DNA of 63,872 nt, filler included, from Rhabdomonas costata (lineage: Eukaryota), in the NCBI GenBank assembly GCA_019059605.1. It is 18 parts of 18 records of this genome, joined end to end, with 100 filler letters (N's around TTAATTAATTAA, not from the genome) between each part and the next. Parts side by side here need not be neighbours in the genome. Positions count along the whole stretch, not along the records: positions 45,993 to 49,424 come from JAHMHO010000851.1; positions 49,525 to 52,952 come from JAHMHO010000852.1; positions 53,053 to 56,493 come from JAHMHO010000853.1; positions 56,594 to 60,022 come from JAHMHO010000854.1; positions 60,123 to 63,872 come from JAHMHO010000856.1; 13 more parts are not named here. One strand, 5' to 3'. The notes beneath the pieces were generated by a model. It saw nothing but the letters and a program-made list of their open reading frames with translations. It was not told the DNA's origin and did no database searches. Each line of letters opens with the position of its first letter. The stretch's first letter is position 1. A program made the translations under genes and the position numbers. Shown in pieces: positions 47,403 through 60,222 of the stretch.

Positions 47403-49290
47403 GTGCGGCGTGTCCACGGCTTCCGAATGTTCCATATGCGCAACCCTTGGGGGCAGTTCGAATGGAATGGAGACTGGGGCGACAAAAGCCCGCTGTGGAC
47501 CCAGCACGCCAACGTTGCTCGAGACGTATGCGTTGTTTCTCGTGTTATTCCTTTTTTGTTTCTTGTGCAAGTGTGCAAGTCCAGTAATCTGAGCGCATGC
47601 AATGCGGAGAGAAGCATCGTCGCCCCCCCCCCCGAAAGCGACGTGTTCACTAACTTTCAAAGTTGATAATTTAGGAGAGTTGATGTCTGTAGTGCCTCGA
47701 AAACGTTTATTTTCTATGCTGTGGTTTTTTGAAAGAAGAGATCCCAAAATATCGACGGCTGGATGTGGAAGGGGGATCGGCCCGCAGCAGTGGACATCCG
47801 GTGTATTAGGTCAGCCCCTCCCCCTTCTTATTGCGCCACTATAATAAATGTATTTCTATTGTAATAATGTTTATAATTGCGTCGTTATTAATTAGTGACC
47901 GAGAATTCAAAACAATGAAAAAACACAGTCCAGTGTTCAAAGTCCGGCGCACACAACAGCCGCACAGATGCAAAGGGAAGAGAACGTGAGTGCGGGATTG
48001 GTGACAGTTTGTTATATGTGCGACTGTGTAAAATTAAATTGAGGCGCTTTCTAACAGCGGGGCTATTATTTTGCACGACCAAAAATAGCGTCCCCATTTT
48101 TTTTGCGTCATAAATTTTTTACTGTGGGGTGCGTCTGGCGTGGATCGTAAAAGGGCAGTCGTGAGCGCAGCGCGGTGGTCCCAGATCCAAGGACTTTTCC
48201 TGTGGTGCAAGAAAATGTTCCTTATTATTACAATAGCGCCGCTTTTACATTGAGATTCTTTTTGATAGCGAGGCTAATATTTTTGTACAACTTGGTAATA
48301 GCGCCTGTATTAAATTGTGTGATAATACTAGCGGCGCTATTAAATTGTGTGATAGTAATAGCGGCGCTATTAAATTGTGACACTTAATAACAGTGTCACT
48401 ATATATGTAGGGGGGGCCTAACCGAATAAGCCCTTGGACATCAGGGCTGGAAAAAAGGAAAACGTCAACTTTCAAAATTTGCCTCCTCGACACCTCCGCA
48501 AAATATAACTTGACTTTGTGTACTTTTGCAACCACTTTCGACCACTGCTTTTTTCTACACAATTCGCACTTTTGTCACTTCGTGATACCACAACACCAAG
48601 GATCGCACTGCAAGAGGAGACCGCGGGAGACCGCGCATGAGGGAGGGAGGGGGCAAAAAAAAAGAAACGGCACGGATACCATGGACAACACCGGAAAGCC
48701 AGGAGTGGGCGCAGAATGGCAAGAGGAGAAGTGGAGGAGGAGAGTGGAGGCTTGGTGCAAAAGATCCGAGAATTCAAGTCTGGCTTGTTGATAAAATTGG
48801 GGTGGGGGTGGAACTGTCAGATGGCACCGCTGCTGAAGGAGGCAGAATCCTCTTTATGCTTGCCCTTGATTGGGTTCTTGTAATGTCGACAAAATGGACC
48901 CGGAATGTGCAACTAAGAATGGGTTTTTCGCAACAGTCGAAATGGTAAGCCCACTGGCTCAAACACGGCCTACGTCCCATTTCCCTTCTATAGCTCAAGT
49001 TCACTGCGGCGGACGATGGGATGTTCTGGATGTGCTTGGAGGATGTCGTGCAGAACTTCCGCAGCTTTGACATCCTGGACCGCAGCCGTGGCACCCAGGA
49101 CATCATTCTGAACCTGCACGAGGAGCTGGGGCAGTGCCAGGGCCCTGTCGTGGGCTGCCTCACGGGCTGTGGGCGGTTCTGGTGCTGCTGCCAGGGCCTC
49201 ACGAAGCTGGTCTGCGACCACCAAAGCACAGGAGTCACCCGCGAGGGCGGCACATGCTGCTGCGGAACGTGCCTCGCCCCGAAGTGCTGA
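47403..49290 (+). CDS. Calpain-family cysteine protease, 3' exons 47403-47525 and 48994-49290
   Basis: MRNPWGQFEWNGDWGDKSPLW (catalytic Asn) and DDGMFWM. Cys-rich C-terminal tail, GT-AG intron, TGA stop. Confidence 0.9.
48295..48382 (+). repeat. ~30-bp tandem repeat x3 inside the calpain intron
   Basis: GTAATAGCGGCGCTATTAAATTGTGTGATA-like units. Confidence 0.8.
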
Positions 49291-49899
49291 GCGTTAAAAG
49301 GAGAGAGAGAAATTGGAATGACGGCACTGCATTGGAAGAAATGGCATGCCTTGACTTACCGGGCACATCGTAGAGAGGATAGGAATAGGAAGACAACCTC
49401 ATGGCACAAACATACACAAACCCCNNNNNNNNNNNNNNNNNNNNNNNNNNNNNNNNNNNNNNNNNNNNTTAATTAATTAANNNNNNNNNNNNNNNNNNNN
49501 NNNNNNNNNNNNNNNNNNNNNNNNTGTTGTGGTGGTGTGCACGGCCATAAGGGTGTGAGTGTACAGGTGAGCCCCACCATTTGGGCTTTCGCCAGCGGTC
49601 TGCTGCTAAGCTGAAACACTGGAGACATGGCTCATGCACACCACCACAGGCGATGCAGTACACTCCCGGGGCTCATCAATGAGCTGAAAGTCGAGCACCA
49701 CCTGTGCCAAAAACCAAAGGCACCGATTCCGAAAAAAAAGACATTCCATGCACATCACACAAATGCATTCCCACCAGAACGAACATCCCGGTCGAAGTCA
49801 GCCGCTTCGACAAGTGACGCTGTGCAATGCATCTCGCGCCACGCCGGCACAGTCCCGGGTCAATGGAAACGCATACCGCATATTCAAAATTCAAAAGTA

Positions 49900-52460
49900 A
49901 TAGGAACCTCTTCTGCTCTTCGGATGCAAGTCCTTGCGTACGTCAGAAGAGAAGCCTCGACGAGGCCGTCCGGGATCTGCTCAGCCGTGATAATCAGGCA
50001 AAGTGCTGCGGCCAAGGCATCATCCTGAAGGGCACAGCGACAAAGAACCGACAGAGCGCTGACGCACAAGCATCTAATGCCAATAGCAGACCAGGCTCGT
50101 GCCTTCAAAAGGATGGTGGGACCGTGCAAAAGAAACGGTGAGGGCGTCGGGGAAAAGCACCTGAGGAGCAAAAGTCTGGCTCGACATTCCGAAGCCGCAG
50201 TGGGCTGCCGCGGCACGAGCGCAGGGGGTCCATTTACACCCCACCAAGGGAAATTCAAACGCGATGCCCAGAATCTCGTCGCTGAACCGCTGCCTGCAGT
50301 CAAAAGAGGCCGAAGACGCCGAGCACGAATCCAGAAGCGAGAGCGAATTCCTTTTCCAAACGTGCGCGCATGAGTGCAGAGACGACAACCTGATCTCACG
50401 GGGCACGACAGCAGTCAAGCACCCTTCATCAGAAGAGGAAGAACAACAAGAAGACGAGCCACCAGCTTCGGTTTCACTGAACTCAGCTTGAACTGACACA
50501 GAAGAATGTCCGGCCGGGAGCCCCTGTACGGAAGGCCCCGCCTGTCTTTCCTCACGCACAGCCAGAGTGCTCTGCACGGCCAGGCTCTTCCGAAAGGAGA
50601 GCAGAGGGTCCGCAGGCTGGTAAGGCGACGCCACAGAAACAACGTCGCTGAGGTCCTCGCCACACAGCCGCTCAGGAACGCTCTCAAGAGGGGCGGTGTG
50701 CCCTGCCTCGGCAGTAGCAACCTTGGGTGGAGGCTGCTCACGATTTTCTTCGCCAGAAGACAGGTTCTCCTCAATCACCGCGGGGACCTTCAAGGGCGAT
50801 TCCGAATTATCTGTGTAGCAAGGCACCACTTGTCTCTCCTAATTAGGGGCCCGCCTAGGGGTGTTTTTTTGGCTTCTTAGCGCGATCCGTATCCTAGGGG
50901 CACCCAATTTCCCCTTTCAGCGAAGAATTGATGGAAATGGTATTAATCGAAAACGCTGTTACGAAAGACATCATGACCCATATGGTTTTTTCTGCAACCA
51001 GTTGGCTATTTTGTCTCTTCCCCTTCCGAGAAAGGAAACACACCACTGTCTGCACAAGACTTGGCCCCCAAGAGCTCCAAAACAAAGCTCATGTCCTTGT
51101 CACTCAAAGCAAGTGAGGAGGAACTCGCTGAAATCCCTTTCAGCTTCTGAATCGACACAACACACGAAGCAACGAGAAAAATTCACCGAAAATCCACCCA
51201 GATGTCAAAGACTGGCCAGAAAGATACCGCTCGAAGAGCTTCTTCTGCTGCGTCGGCAAGGCGCCCAATCGCCCGCTGGAAATCCCCTCGGCCGGACTCG
51301 GATTCGGGGCCAGTCTCTAAGCTCTCTTGGGCCGTCACCTTGTCTGCTGCCTTCTTTTTCGCCACAGTTCGAAGATACAAGTTCTCTTCTCTGCATCCAC
51401 AGAAAAGTGACAGGTAAAAAAAAGACTCAAAAAAATTACAGAGGCACGATCCAGAGGACGGCAGAGGCAGCCGCAGTCGAAGTCATGACACCAACTCGAT
51501 GAATGAGCATTCCCTGATTACCCATATCGCTGCAGGCCTCAGTAGGCTGGACACTACACATGGTGGTCACATCGCTCAAGTAAAAAGGGCAAAAGTAAAG
51601 TGAAACACTAAGAATTGAGGCAACTGCGCAGCAAAAACTGCGAATCGTGGATACGTGGTAATAAGGATAAACGGTGAGCAAGCATTATTACCCATTATGG
51701 TAATCACCGCACGAATCAGGGGGCAATTGCAACGCTCCCGTTCAAAACCCTTTCAAGGGCGACCACACCGCAGGAAGTGCATCTTGAGCAAGGTGCGCCT
51801 CAGCTCGTCACGCTGCTGGGTAAGCTGCTCGAGCTGCTTCCGCATCTGCTGCATTTCTGCAGTCAACTGCTCATTCTCTTTCTGGCATGTACTACCAAGG
51901 TGCCTGACAACCAGAAATGTTCGCAGAACCAAAGAAAGGCCGCAAAAAATATGGCGCGGGATGGAAAAGAGAGCACCTCTCCAAAAAGAGCATGTCGGTA
52001 CTCGCATTGAGGTTCCTCATGGCGCTTCGCTTCTGCTGGAGCTGAAGGAGGACAAGGGCAACCAGCAGAGCACTGGTTAGTCCCAGGATAACGCTGCCCA
52101 GGCTTGGAAAAGAACTCTCTTCTGTGTCTGAAATAAAAGAACCCGCCCCATGTGCAAACCAACAAGGACTGCTTTTCAAAATGCAGGTGAGCCGACAAAA
52201 AACATAAACAAAAATAGAAAAAATACAAGCCCACACCACGGATCGGCAGTACACCCGCGCACGAGTTGCCCTGCACGTGGAAAAAGCAAACTGAACTGCC
52301 TTCTCACGGGCTGCTTTCTCACAGGTCTGGGAAACATTGAGAAGAAATGGAAACCACATACCTTCATCAGGGGTTCTTTGAGCCGAGACTTGCAGAGGTC
52401 CAGCTCCCGAGAGAGGCTAACAATGACTTTTCCCATCCGAGCCACATCCTCGGTTGCATG
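49900..52460 (-). CDS. Unknown multi-exon coiled-coil protein, partial (approximate limits)
   Basis: Exon-like blocks DVARMGKVIVSLSRELDLCKSRLKE, KENEQLTAEMQQMRKQLEQLTQQRDELRR and FQRAIGRLADAAEEALRA. Confidence 0.35.
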
Positions 52461-54668
52461 CAAAGCAGGCACACACCAGAGCACGAGAAAAGTAAGCAAA
52501 GCGGAAACCATCTGCAGTAACCTTTGGCGTGAGGAGGAAAGAAAACCAACACCAAAACCAACACCAACAACACCCACCGAAGAGTAAGCCGATCTGCTCC
52601 ATGGTTCCAAACGGTTCATTCTAGCATGGGTCGCCCCAACCCCCGCACTTCAGAAGAGATGACCGCAACCGACTCGGTGAGCAGCCCTTCTGCATTACAC
52701 TAGAATCCACCACTGCACTGCGTGGGAGTGAACTTAATTATAGCCACAGTGGGGGCGGAGAGCAAAATCTGGCCGCAAGCAATAAAAAGCAGCGCTCCTG
52801 TTGTTCTTACGGGCTCGAAGTTCAACTGCCTTTCAGTAGAAATGTTCATAGATCATTATGGCGAATCCAAAGCAACATAGAAAGGGATGCAAAAAACGGC
52901 TACACACAGAGCGCTTGCTCAGCTGCAGGAACATGGAGGGCACAAACCCACCNNNNNNNNNNNNNNNNNNNNNNNNNNNNNNNNNNNNNNNNNNNNTTAA
53001 TTAATTAANNNNNNNNNNNNNNNNNNNNNNNNNNNNNNNNNNNNNNNNNNNNTTCGTCTCGACATTGTGATAAAACTATTGAGTGTCAGTTGAATCGTGA
53101 AAGCACGGAATGGAATGGATTGGAACGGTTGAGCGGGCGGGGCGGAACCGGCGTCTAAGCTCCAGGGAGTTGGCACACAAAACCAGCCTTGCAACTTGCT
53201 GCAAGATGATGATCCCCAGGCTGAACAAACCCAGTAGAATGAAGCAAACAACCGCGCGCGGGTTGAGGTTGCTGAGCTTCATCGAAAAACCCAAGCCAAG
53301 TGGAGCGGATAGAGGAAGGGGGGAAGGGAGATGGCGCAGAGCAAATGGCAAAGCAGATCGCTGTAAGAGAAAGCATGACGTTTCTGGATCTCACACCTAC
53401 ATAACCAGACGCACTTTTTTTTTGAGATGGCAGGTATTTATGCGGCTGCAGCCTTCTGCATGGGGTCCTGAGGGACCCGTTGCTCAACCCGAAAGCAGAC
53501 TTCTGCGGCCTCTGCGGCGCGAACCACCGTTGTGCCTGGCGCACCGGCCGAGGTTGGGGCAGCTGAGGAGGTAATCCATCCACAAGGGTGGGCTGCTTCT
53601 GAGAAACCCCACGTGTTGCCGCTCTCTTACGTTTGCTCCCTCCGCTCCCTCCACACAAGCGAGTGGTTGACCGAGAGAACATATCGAACCAACTTCTTCT
53701 TTGACTTGGGGACAGCTGTGTCTCTTTGTTCGCGTTTGTGTCTGTTTGCGCGATGCAAATACAGAAAAGAGAACACATGAAGGAGACGCAAAGTAAAGCT
53801 GCCGTAACCTAAGACGCAGCCTGCGTGCTCGCACCGAGGGTCCTTTAGCTCTGTTGTCCGACGTGGGGTGCGGCTCACCAGACTGCCATGTACAAAAACG
53901 CGCTGGAAAAACTCTGTGTCCTCCCCTACCCGCCCAACACGGGGGCGAGAAATCCTTGTCGGGGTGTGGTGCGTTTCGAACTGCGAGCTGAGCGTTGCTG
54001 GTGAGGACACCAACTTACCACAGTCAGGGAGGCAACCCGCTGGAGCCCGATCCTTGTTGATGACACACTCAAATAAGCGGGAGAGAGGATCCCTTCTTCG
54101 GCTCGTAGAAGCTGTGTGGCTGGAAGCTGTGGATCTCTACTCTGGTGGTCCCTGGGAAGCTGGGGGTAAAAGCGCGCAGCTGCTCGGGCCCACTCCATGT
54201 TTGATCCGCTTCAGGTTCTGCATCCACCTCCGCAGCAGTCTCAGTAAAATGGCACGCGTATTTTTTGGGGGAGCCGTGCAATAATATTTTTGGTTTCCTT
54301 GTTGCAGTAAGTCAAGAAATCAAACGCTGTAAAAGTCGTGTGTTCTGGTCCCCTAATCACAGAATCTCAGATATTGAAATGCAGAAGCATCCTCTTTTGC
54401 ACAGATTTTATGTGGAATGATTCACTTCTTTTCTGCTTACATTTTGGGAGGTTTAATTTACCAACAAACCCGAATTGGGTTGTTTTACCCGACATTTTTA
54501 AACAGCCTGCTTCAGCATACCTCACACCCCTCACTTTTTGGTCTTTTGGTCTTTAGGGTCCAGGAACCCCCGGGTACCCATCCCACATCTCCTGGGGTCT
54601 ATGCGTTGGTGTCTCTAGGTGTCAGGGGGTGTTTAGGTGCAGGAAGATGCATCAAGGTCCACACGCAT

Positions 54669-54900
54669 CCCGAGGTGATGGAGGTCTCTTACCCCCGGGT
54701 CATTTTTCGTGTCGTTATTTAAGTTCGTTAGCCGGTAGGATATGCTGTTTTTGATATGCTTGAGATTGTATCGGGATCCAGTGGTGTTTTCATGCTTTTG
54801 GGGCTAGGCATTCGGGGTTTTTGTCTTCTGGGGTTTGGATTTCGAGGTTGGGTTCATGCGTGGGTTTATGCCTTTGGTATTCGTGTTCCCAAGTCGAGGA
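54669..54900 (+). repeat. Dispersed repeat copy 2 (homologous to 45425-45620)
   Basis: Shared blocks CCCGAGGTG(A/G)TGGAGGTC, TTTTCGTGTC, TATTTAAGTTC, TAGGCATTCGGG and GATTTCGAGGTT. Confidence 0.7.
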
Positions 54901-54971
54901 TGTCAAGGCATCGGAGTCACCCTATAGCATGAAGGCATGAGTCACGCAGGGTCATGCCGTAATAGAGGGTA

Positions 54972-55303
54972 GAACGCAGTGAATGGCATGGGGTATCTGC
55001 ATCTTCCCCCCTACATGCATTAGAGGTGAGGAGTGGAAGCGCGTAGCGGTGGAACGACGAACCATCACGTCTAGGGAGTGACGAGCGCAGCGAGTCACGA
55101 CCAGCAAAGAACATCTTTTATGCCTTTACTCTTCTTCCCTTCTGAGTTCAGCATTTAGGAAGGATGACGAGCGTAGCGAGGCATCCCGACATCAAAGCAC
55201 TCTTTCTTCTCTTACTCTCTTTACTCTGTATCTGTGAACGAACGTACCGACCTATGTCGGGGAGTGAGTGAACCACTGCATTTAGGAGGAGATGCGTAGC
55301 ATC
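54972..55303 (+). other. Cluster of GNA-triloop / tandem sheared-GA DNA hairpins
   Basis: GA-AC-GCA-GT-GA (54972), CGC-GTA-GCG (55040), GTGAC-GA-GC-GCA-GC-GA-GTCAC (55078-55098), GGATGAC-GA-GC-GTA-GC-GA-GGCATCC (55162-55186), GT-GA-AC-GA-AC...GT-GA-GT-GA-AC (55234-55273) and GATGC-GTA-GCATC (55291-55303). Confidence 0.7.
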
Positions 55304-57181
55304 GACGACCACCACCCACACTAGCATCTGGGTCCCCTTGTGCCTTGCTTCTACCCTTTGCAGGCATCATCACCCTTCATCAAGGCATGGTTCACTCCTC
55401 CACCATAAGGTGCTTACGTGACGCCCCTTCAACCCACCATCACCATATCCACGTGTCTCTTCAGTCGTTCCACCGGCATAAGCACGGTTTCACTCCTTCC
55501 GACCGGGCGTAGCCATGCAGGAATACATCCCTTATGCTTAGCTTGGGTGGTTGAAGGCCTCTTGTCACTCCTGCCTTGCACTGTAGGGAGGGTGTGGTTT
55601 CTGCCTTCACTCCTTCGCCTCTCTGGCTTGCAGGTCTCAACCACCAGCATCGCATAGCCTTCATGCCAACATCACCCTTACTCCTTCTACGCTCTCACCT
55701 CTGGAGGGTGTCAGGAGGGGATGTTGCATGTCTGTCTTGGTGGCCTACGTTACAGCAGGGTGTCACCAAGGACTATGCTGACATCTGGTGCTTGGAGCGG
55801 TCCTACGGATAGCAACATCGAGCCTCACATGCCTCTACCACCAATGCTATTACCAGGTGTGTCGCATCAACCACCATGGTATAGGGTGTAGGGTGTGGGT
55901 CGTGTGCTTCCATGCCAGCTGTGGTGCTATGCCAACAATGTGGTAGTGCAACCTCCAGTGGTAGGACGGCTGTGACCAACATCAACATCGCTAGTACTAC
56001 TGCACGTGGGTACCTTAGTAGTGGTTGTACCGATACATATACGTACGGTTGTACCTACTATGCTAAGTCCTGCACCCAGCCTCCTACGAGATGTGATGCA
56101 GCGCCAGACTCCCTGGGGCTCACTGGCATTGCCATACGTATAGGTATGGTTACCCAGCAAGCTCACCCCAGGCACCAACATCGGGCTCAGTTACGTGGGT
56201 TGAGTGGCATATACCACCGGTCACCACGCGCCTTGCCTAATGCGGGGCTGGTTTACGCTCTAGCCTGGCCTCCATCACCAGGGCTTTCATCCTACGCCCA
56301 ACTACGCAGGGTATCTCACTGCGACTCCTACGCATAGGGTCAACGTAACACGTGGTTCCAGCATGGCTGAGTTACATCGCGGATCGAGCGCCTTGGTTCA
56401 ACTTCACCACATGCGTCCATGGGTTACTGACCTCGTGAGCATCGTCGTTGTTGTCATCGTGTGTGAGTAAAGTGTTATGCGGTGTCTGTGATCNNNNNNN
56501 NNNNNNNNNNNNNNNNNNNNNNNNNNNNNNNNNNNNNTTAATTAATTAANNNNNNNNNNNNNNNNNNNNNNNNNNNNNNNNNNNNNNNNNNNNTGTGTGG
56601 TGTTGTTGCAATTGTGCTTGTGTCCCCGTCCACACACCATTTTCCCGTTCACATAATTCGTGGTGATATTAACTGCCGCACTCGCGTCCCTGTTCAATAC
56701 AAAAATGGTATGTGTCCCGTTCTGTGCGGGCATTCCTTATCCCAGCACCCAGCAGGAGCGAAAACTGTGCGAAAGGTAAACCTAATGCACTCCAAACCAC
56801 ACTCGAACCACACTCCACATGTTTTTTTCATTGGGTAATATGCTGTGGATACGTACATGTCTCTCTTTGCTTTATAGACTTCTTCTCCCTTCCGTAAAGG
56901 GCTGCCCCGAAAGGGCTGCGGTAATTTTTGTGCGGGGTGATGGTAATGGACAAAGGCACTAGCTAAACGGAATCTGAGAACTTGGCAGGTTGATTTTTTG
57001 CAGGGACCGTCGCTTCGAGTTAGCAGAGACCTGTTTCTCTCTCCTTAGGGGCAAGCAGGTAGTCTACTGAGGCTCTGGGTACTATGGGTAAATGCTATTG
57101 TGTGGTAGAGGTACTGGAGGGCACATCCGCACTGGGGCAACCCGTTGAGTTGGAGTCCCTTCGTATGACTGTGGTGGATAG

Positions 57182-58170
57182 GCATCAGCCTGGAGGTCAC
57201 CCTCGCCGACCTGGCGGAGGTCTTCCGCCTGGCCCAGAAGCGCAAGGACGCCCTGCGGGCCGCTTTGCCCGAGGGCGCGGCGTTAATAGTGCAGGGGATG
57301 ACGCGCCCCCCAACGGCGGACGAGCTGCTTCTGCTCACCGAGGTCCCAGTGGACACGCTGCTGTCCCAAGTCAGCGAGGAGCTCCAGAAGGCAACGTTGC
57401 AGCCTTTTGTGCTTGGTTTTGTTGGATGAGTTCTCCCGAGCACCCCATCACGCCTTGAACCGCCAGTGGTGCTTCTAGACCAAAGATACTGGCAGGATGA
57501 TCTTTACCGGGTAGTGTTATTGGATCATAGGCGAGAAGCTCCGAAAGGCAACGTTGCAGTTGTATATTCCTTATTGTTCGATGATCTGTTTTGTTCTTCT
57601 CGCACTCCCGACGCCTGGGACCACCAGAGGTGCTTCTGGGTGTTGCCTGTTGAAGTGTGGCAGTGGTCCCCTCTTGGATCCTACCCAAGTGTGCCATTCT
57701 TTCGGAATGCTATCGATGCTTCGTCACTCCGATTGCTATCAACTGTCGCAGAATATTGCCGGATTTTTGACGGCAAAGTCTCTACTCCGATGTGAAACTG
57801 AACACACAAGAGGATGATGCAGTCCCAGTCCATAGACATAATTCCAAGAAAGTCTTGTCCGATCAAAGTAAACGCATACTCTTCCTTAGCTTGCGCAACG
57901 GATTTCATGATCGTCCCGCAGGGTGAGGAGCTCGAGGATGCCCTGGAAGACCTGGCCCACGCTCATATTCAGAAAAGTGTCCTCCAGAGCGCGCAGCGGG
58001 TGGCCAACGCGCAGGAGGGTAGGGTCTCCCTTAGCCGCCTGGCCCCCACCCGGCGGGCTATGGCGGGGCATTCCGACTCCCCTGCCGTGGCGCATGTCTT
58101 CCCGCAGCGGATCCGAGTAGGCCTCAGCGCTGTGGTGACGTGGTTTGAGGACTGCCCCAGGGAGGAGGCG
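57182..58170 (+). CDS. Unknown protein, exons 57182-57390 and 57922-58170 separated by a GC-AG intron, partial
   Basis: GC3-rich in-frame blocks ISLEVTLADLAEVFRLAQK...EELQK|GEELEDALEDLAHAHIQK. Donor AAG|GCAACG. Confidence 0.55.
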
Positions 58171-60222
58171 GTGCGTCTTGCCTCCCACCTGACCCCATCT
58201 GGACCCTTGTTTAATCTTTTTTGTTTTAGGATCGCTCAATGCAGCACCTTGAGCAGCCACCAGGCATGCGTGGGTCGTTCTTAAGCTCCTGCGTGGTTTG
58301 TATGGGCGAGACGTTTCTGTAATGGTTTGCAAGCCACCTCTCTTGCATGGATGGAGATGACATTGATCTCCGGGTTGCAGAAGCGTAATGAACATATTGA
58401 GACTCTTCACGTTACGGCCATACTTGATGCCATTGTGGCCATGCTTCCCGCAGCTTTTGGCCTTTTCTCCGGTGGTGAGCTCCCCCGCCTCCGAACACGG
58501 CTGCACCCCTTCCCCAAGCGACTGCGGAAGCCAGAGCAGCGATAATTCAATCAGCCCCTGCGGCACTCTCAAGGCACGCGGGCGACGAGTGAGCTTCGTC
58601 TCAGGCGCGATACCAGTCGTGGGGAAGGAGACCGAGGCGAAGGTTTTTCTGTTTGCTATTTTGTGTGCTGTCGTTGTTGCGATATCGTTATCGGCTTATT
58701 TCGTGTTAGCTTACAAGCGTCTTTGGTATTGGTTTTGCTCGTCATGCATACCTAAACTGCTGCCAAGAAAAGACGCTTGCTGCCTGATTGGGCCTTGTGG
58801 CGCAAAGTTGAAACTGGGAGGTCTTTTGGTCCACTTCAGGACGATGTGGAGTATTCCCCCCTGCGGCCTTCTCCGATGGAGTAAGGGACGGTTAAGCTGC
58901 TGCACTCTACTCCTTCCTCTTATTTCTTGCGAAGGGGAATATGTGCATAGTGAGCGAAGGTCCCCGAAGCTGGTGAACGGTTGTGATGTGGTTTGTGTCC
59001 GGGTGTGGATTGGTTGTGTGCGAGGTGTTCACTGGTGTTACTGCGACGCATCACAGGGGTGCGTCGTTGCTCTGCCCCGGGTGTGGGCATTCTTTTCTTT
59101 CTCTCTTCCTCTCCCCGTGGCATCGCAGCTCTCATCCGGGCGCCCTCCCTCTTTTCTCATCTTACGCATCGAGCTGTTTCGAAACCTGGTGACTTGTGCA
59201 CCAGTGGGAATGACGGGGATCGGGGGTGTTGTATGCGTTGCAGGTTGGGTGGTGTGGTTTGCCTTTACCTCGCTGTCTTGCTTCCCTGTGAGACTGCGAA
59301 CAAAGGGATCGCATGCTTTGCTTCTCCTTTATGTGCTTGTGATTCTTGCCGCCCCGGGAATCCGGCTGCTGCCGCGGTTGCCGGCCTCGCCGGCTCTGCC
59401 ACAGTCTGCTGTGTTTTTCCCGCTTCCCTTGCCGTGATTCACACACGCTCTCCAGCACTACGTGAGCGACTATACTGTATTGCCCCAGGCTGTGCTCTGG
59501 GCTGTCCCGCTGTAGGCGCCGAGGGACCTGCCTGCGCCGCCTGCGTTTCGGGAGTTCTTCGTACCCTACCACCCCAGCCATCATTTTCATTTAGACAACT
59601 TGCTTTCTTTTTTGGTTTCTTGATTTATTTCACAGACGTGTTTGATTCCATGTCGCTTCCACCCCCCAAACTCCTCATTTGCTGCGGGTTTACAGAGCTG
59701 GTTTTTCAGGTGATGCGCTCTCCTGAGCTCCATTGCCTCGTCTCTCGTCCCCCACTGGCCAACGCTTGCCATTTGTTGCGCCATTCCCCCGCTCCTTCTC
59801 TCCTTCCCACTGGCTCTCACCGCAGCTCCGCTCCTCCTTCATTCGTTCTGTTTGCTTTTGTTTTTGGGTCAGACCTGCCTCTCCCCACACAGGTATTTGT
59901 ACTCTTGCCACGCATTCCCTTACGGCTTGTCTTTGGCTGTTCCGAAGCCCATTAGGGCTGCAGCTTCGCCCGGTGCACTCAACACTCTCGCGGCTGGGCC
60001 GGTAGCGCAACCCTCGGTGTGGNNNNNNNNNNNNNNNNNNNNNNNNNNNNNNNNNNNNNNNNNNNNTTAATTAATTAANNNNNNNNNNNNNNNNNNNNNN
60101 NNNNNNNNNNNNNNNNNNNNNNTATCAGCACTGGGTTGGCATATGAAAGGTACTCCTCCATATGACCCGGACCTTCCACCTCTCCACTCCAGCTATTTCT
60201 CCAGGGAGGGGCAGCCATATAC

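Noticed and set aside
58388-59955. Long ORFs of 349 and 320 aa
   Set aside because: Cys/Leu/Phe-rich translations of pyrimidine-rich non-coding sequence with no GC3 bias or motifs.
3444-60122. Regularly spaced TTAATTAATTAA motif as a biological repeat or CRISPR-like array
   Set aside because: It is always embedded in N-runs of fixed total length, so it is an artificial six-frame-stop contig linker.
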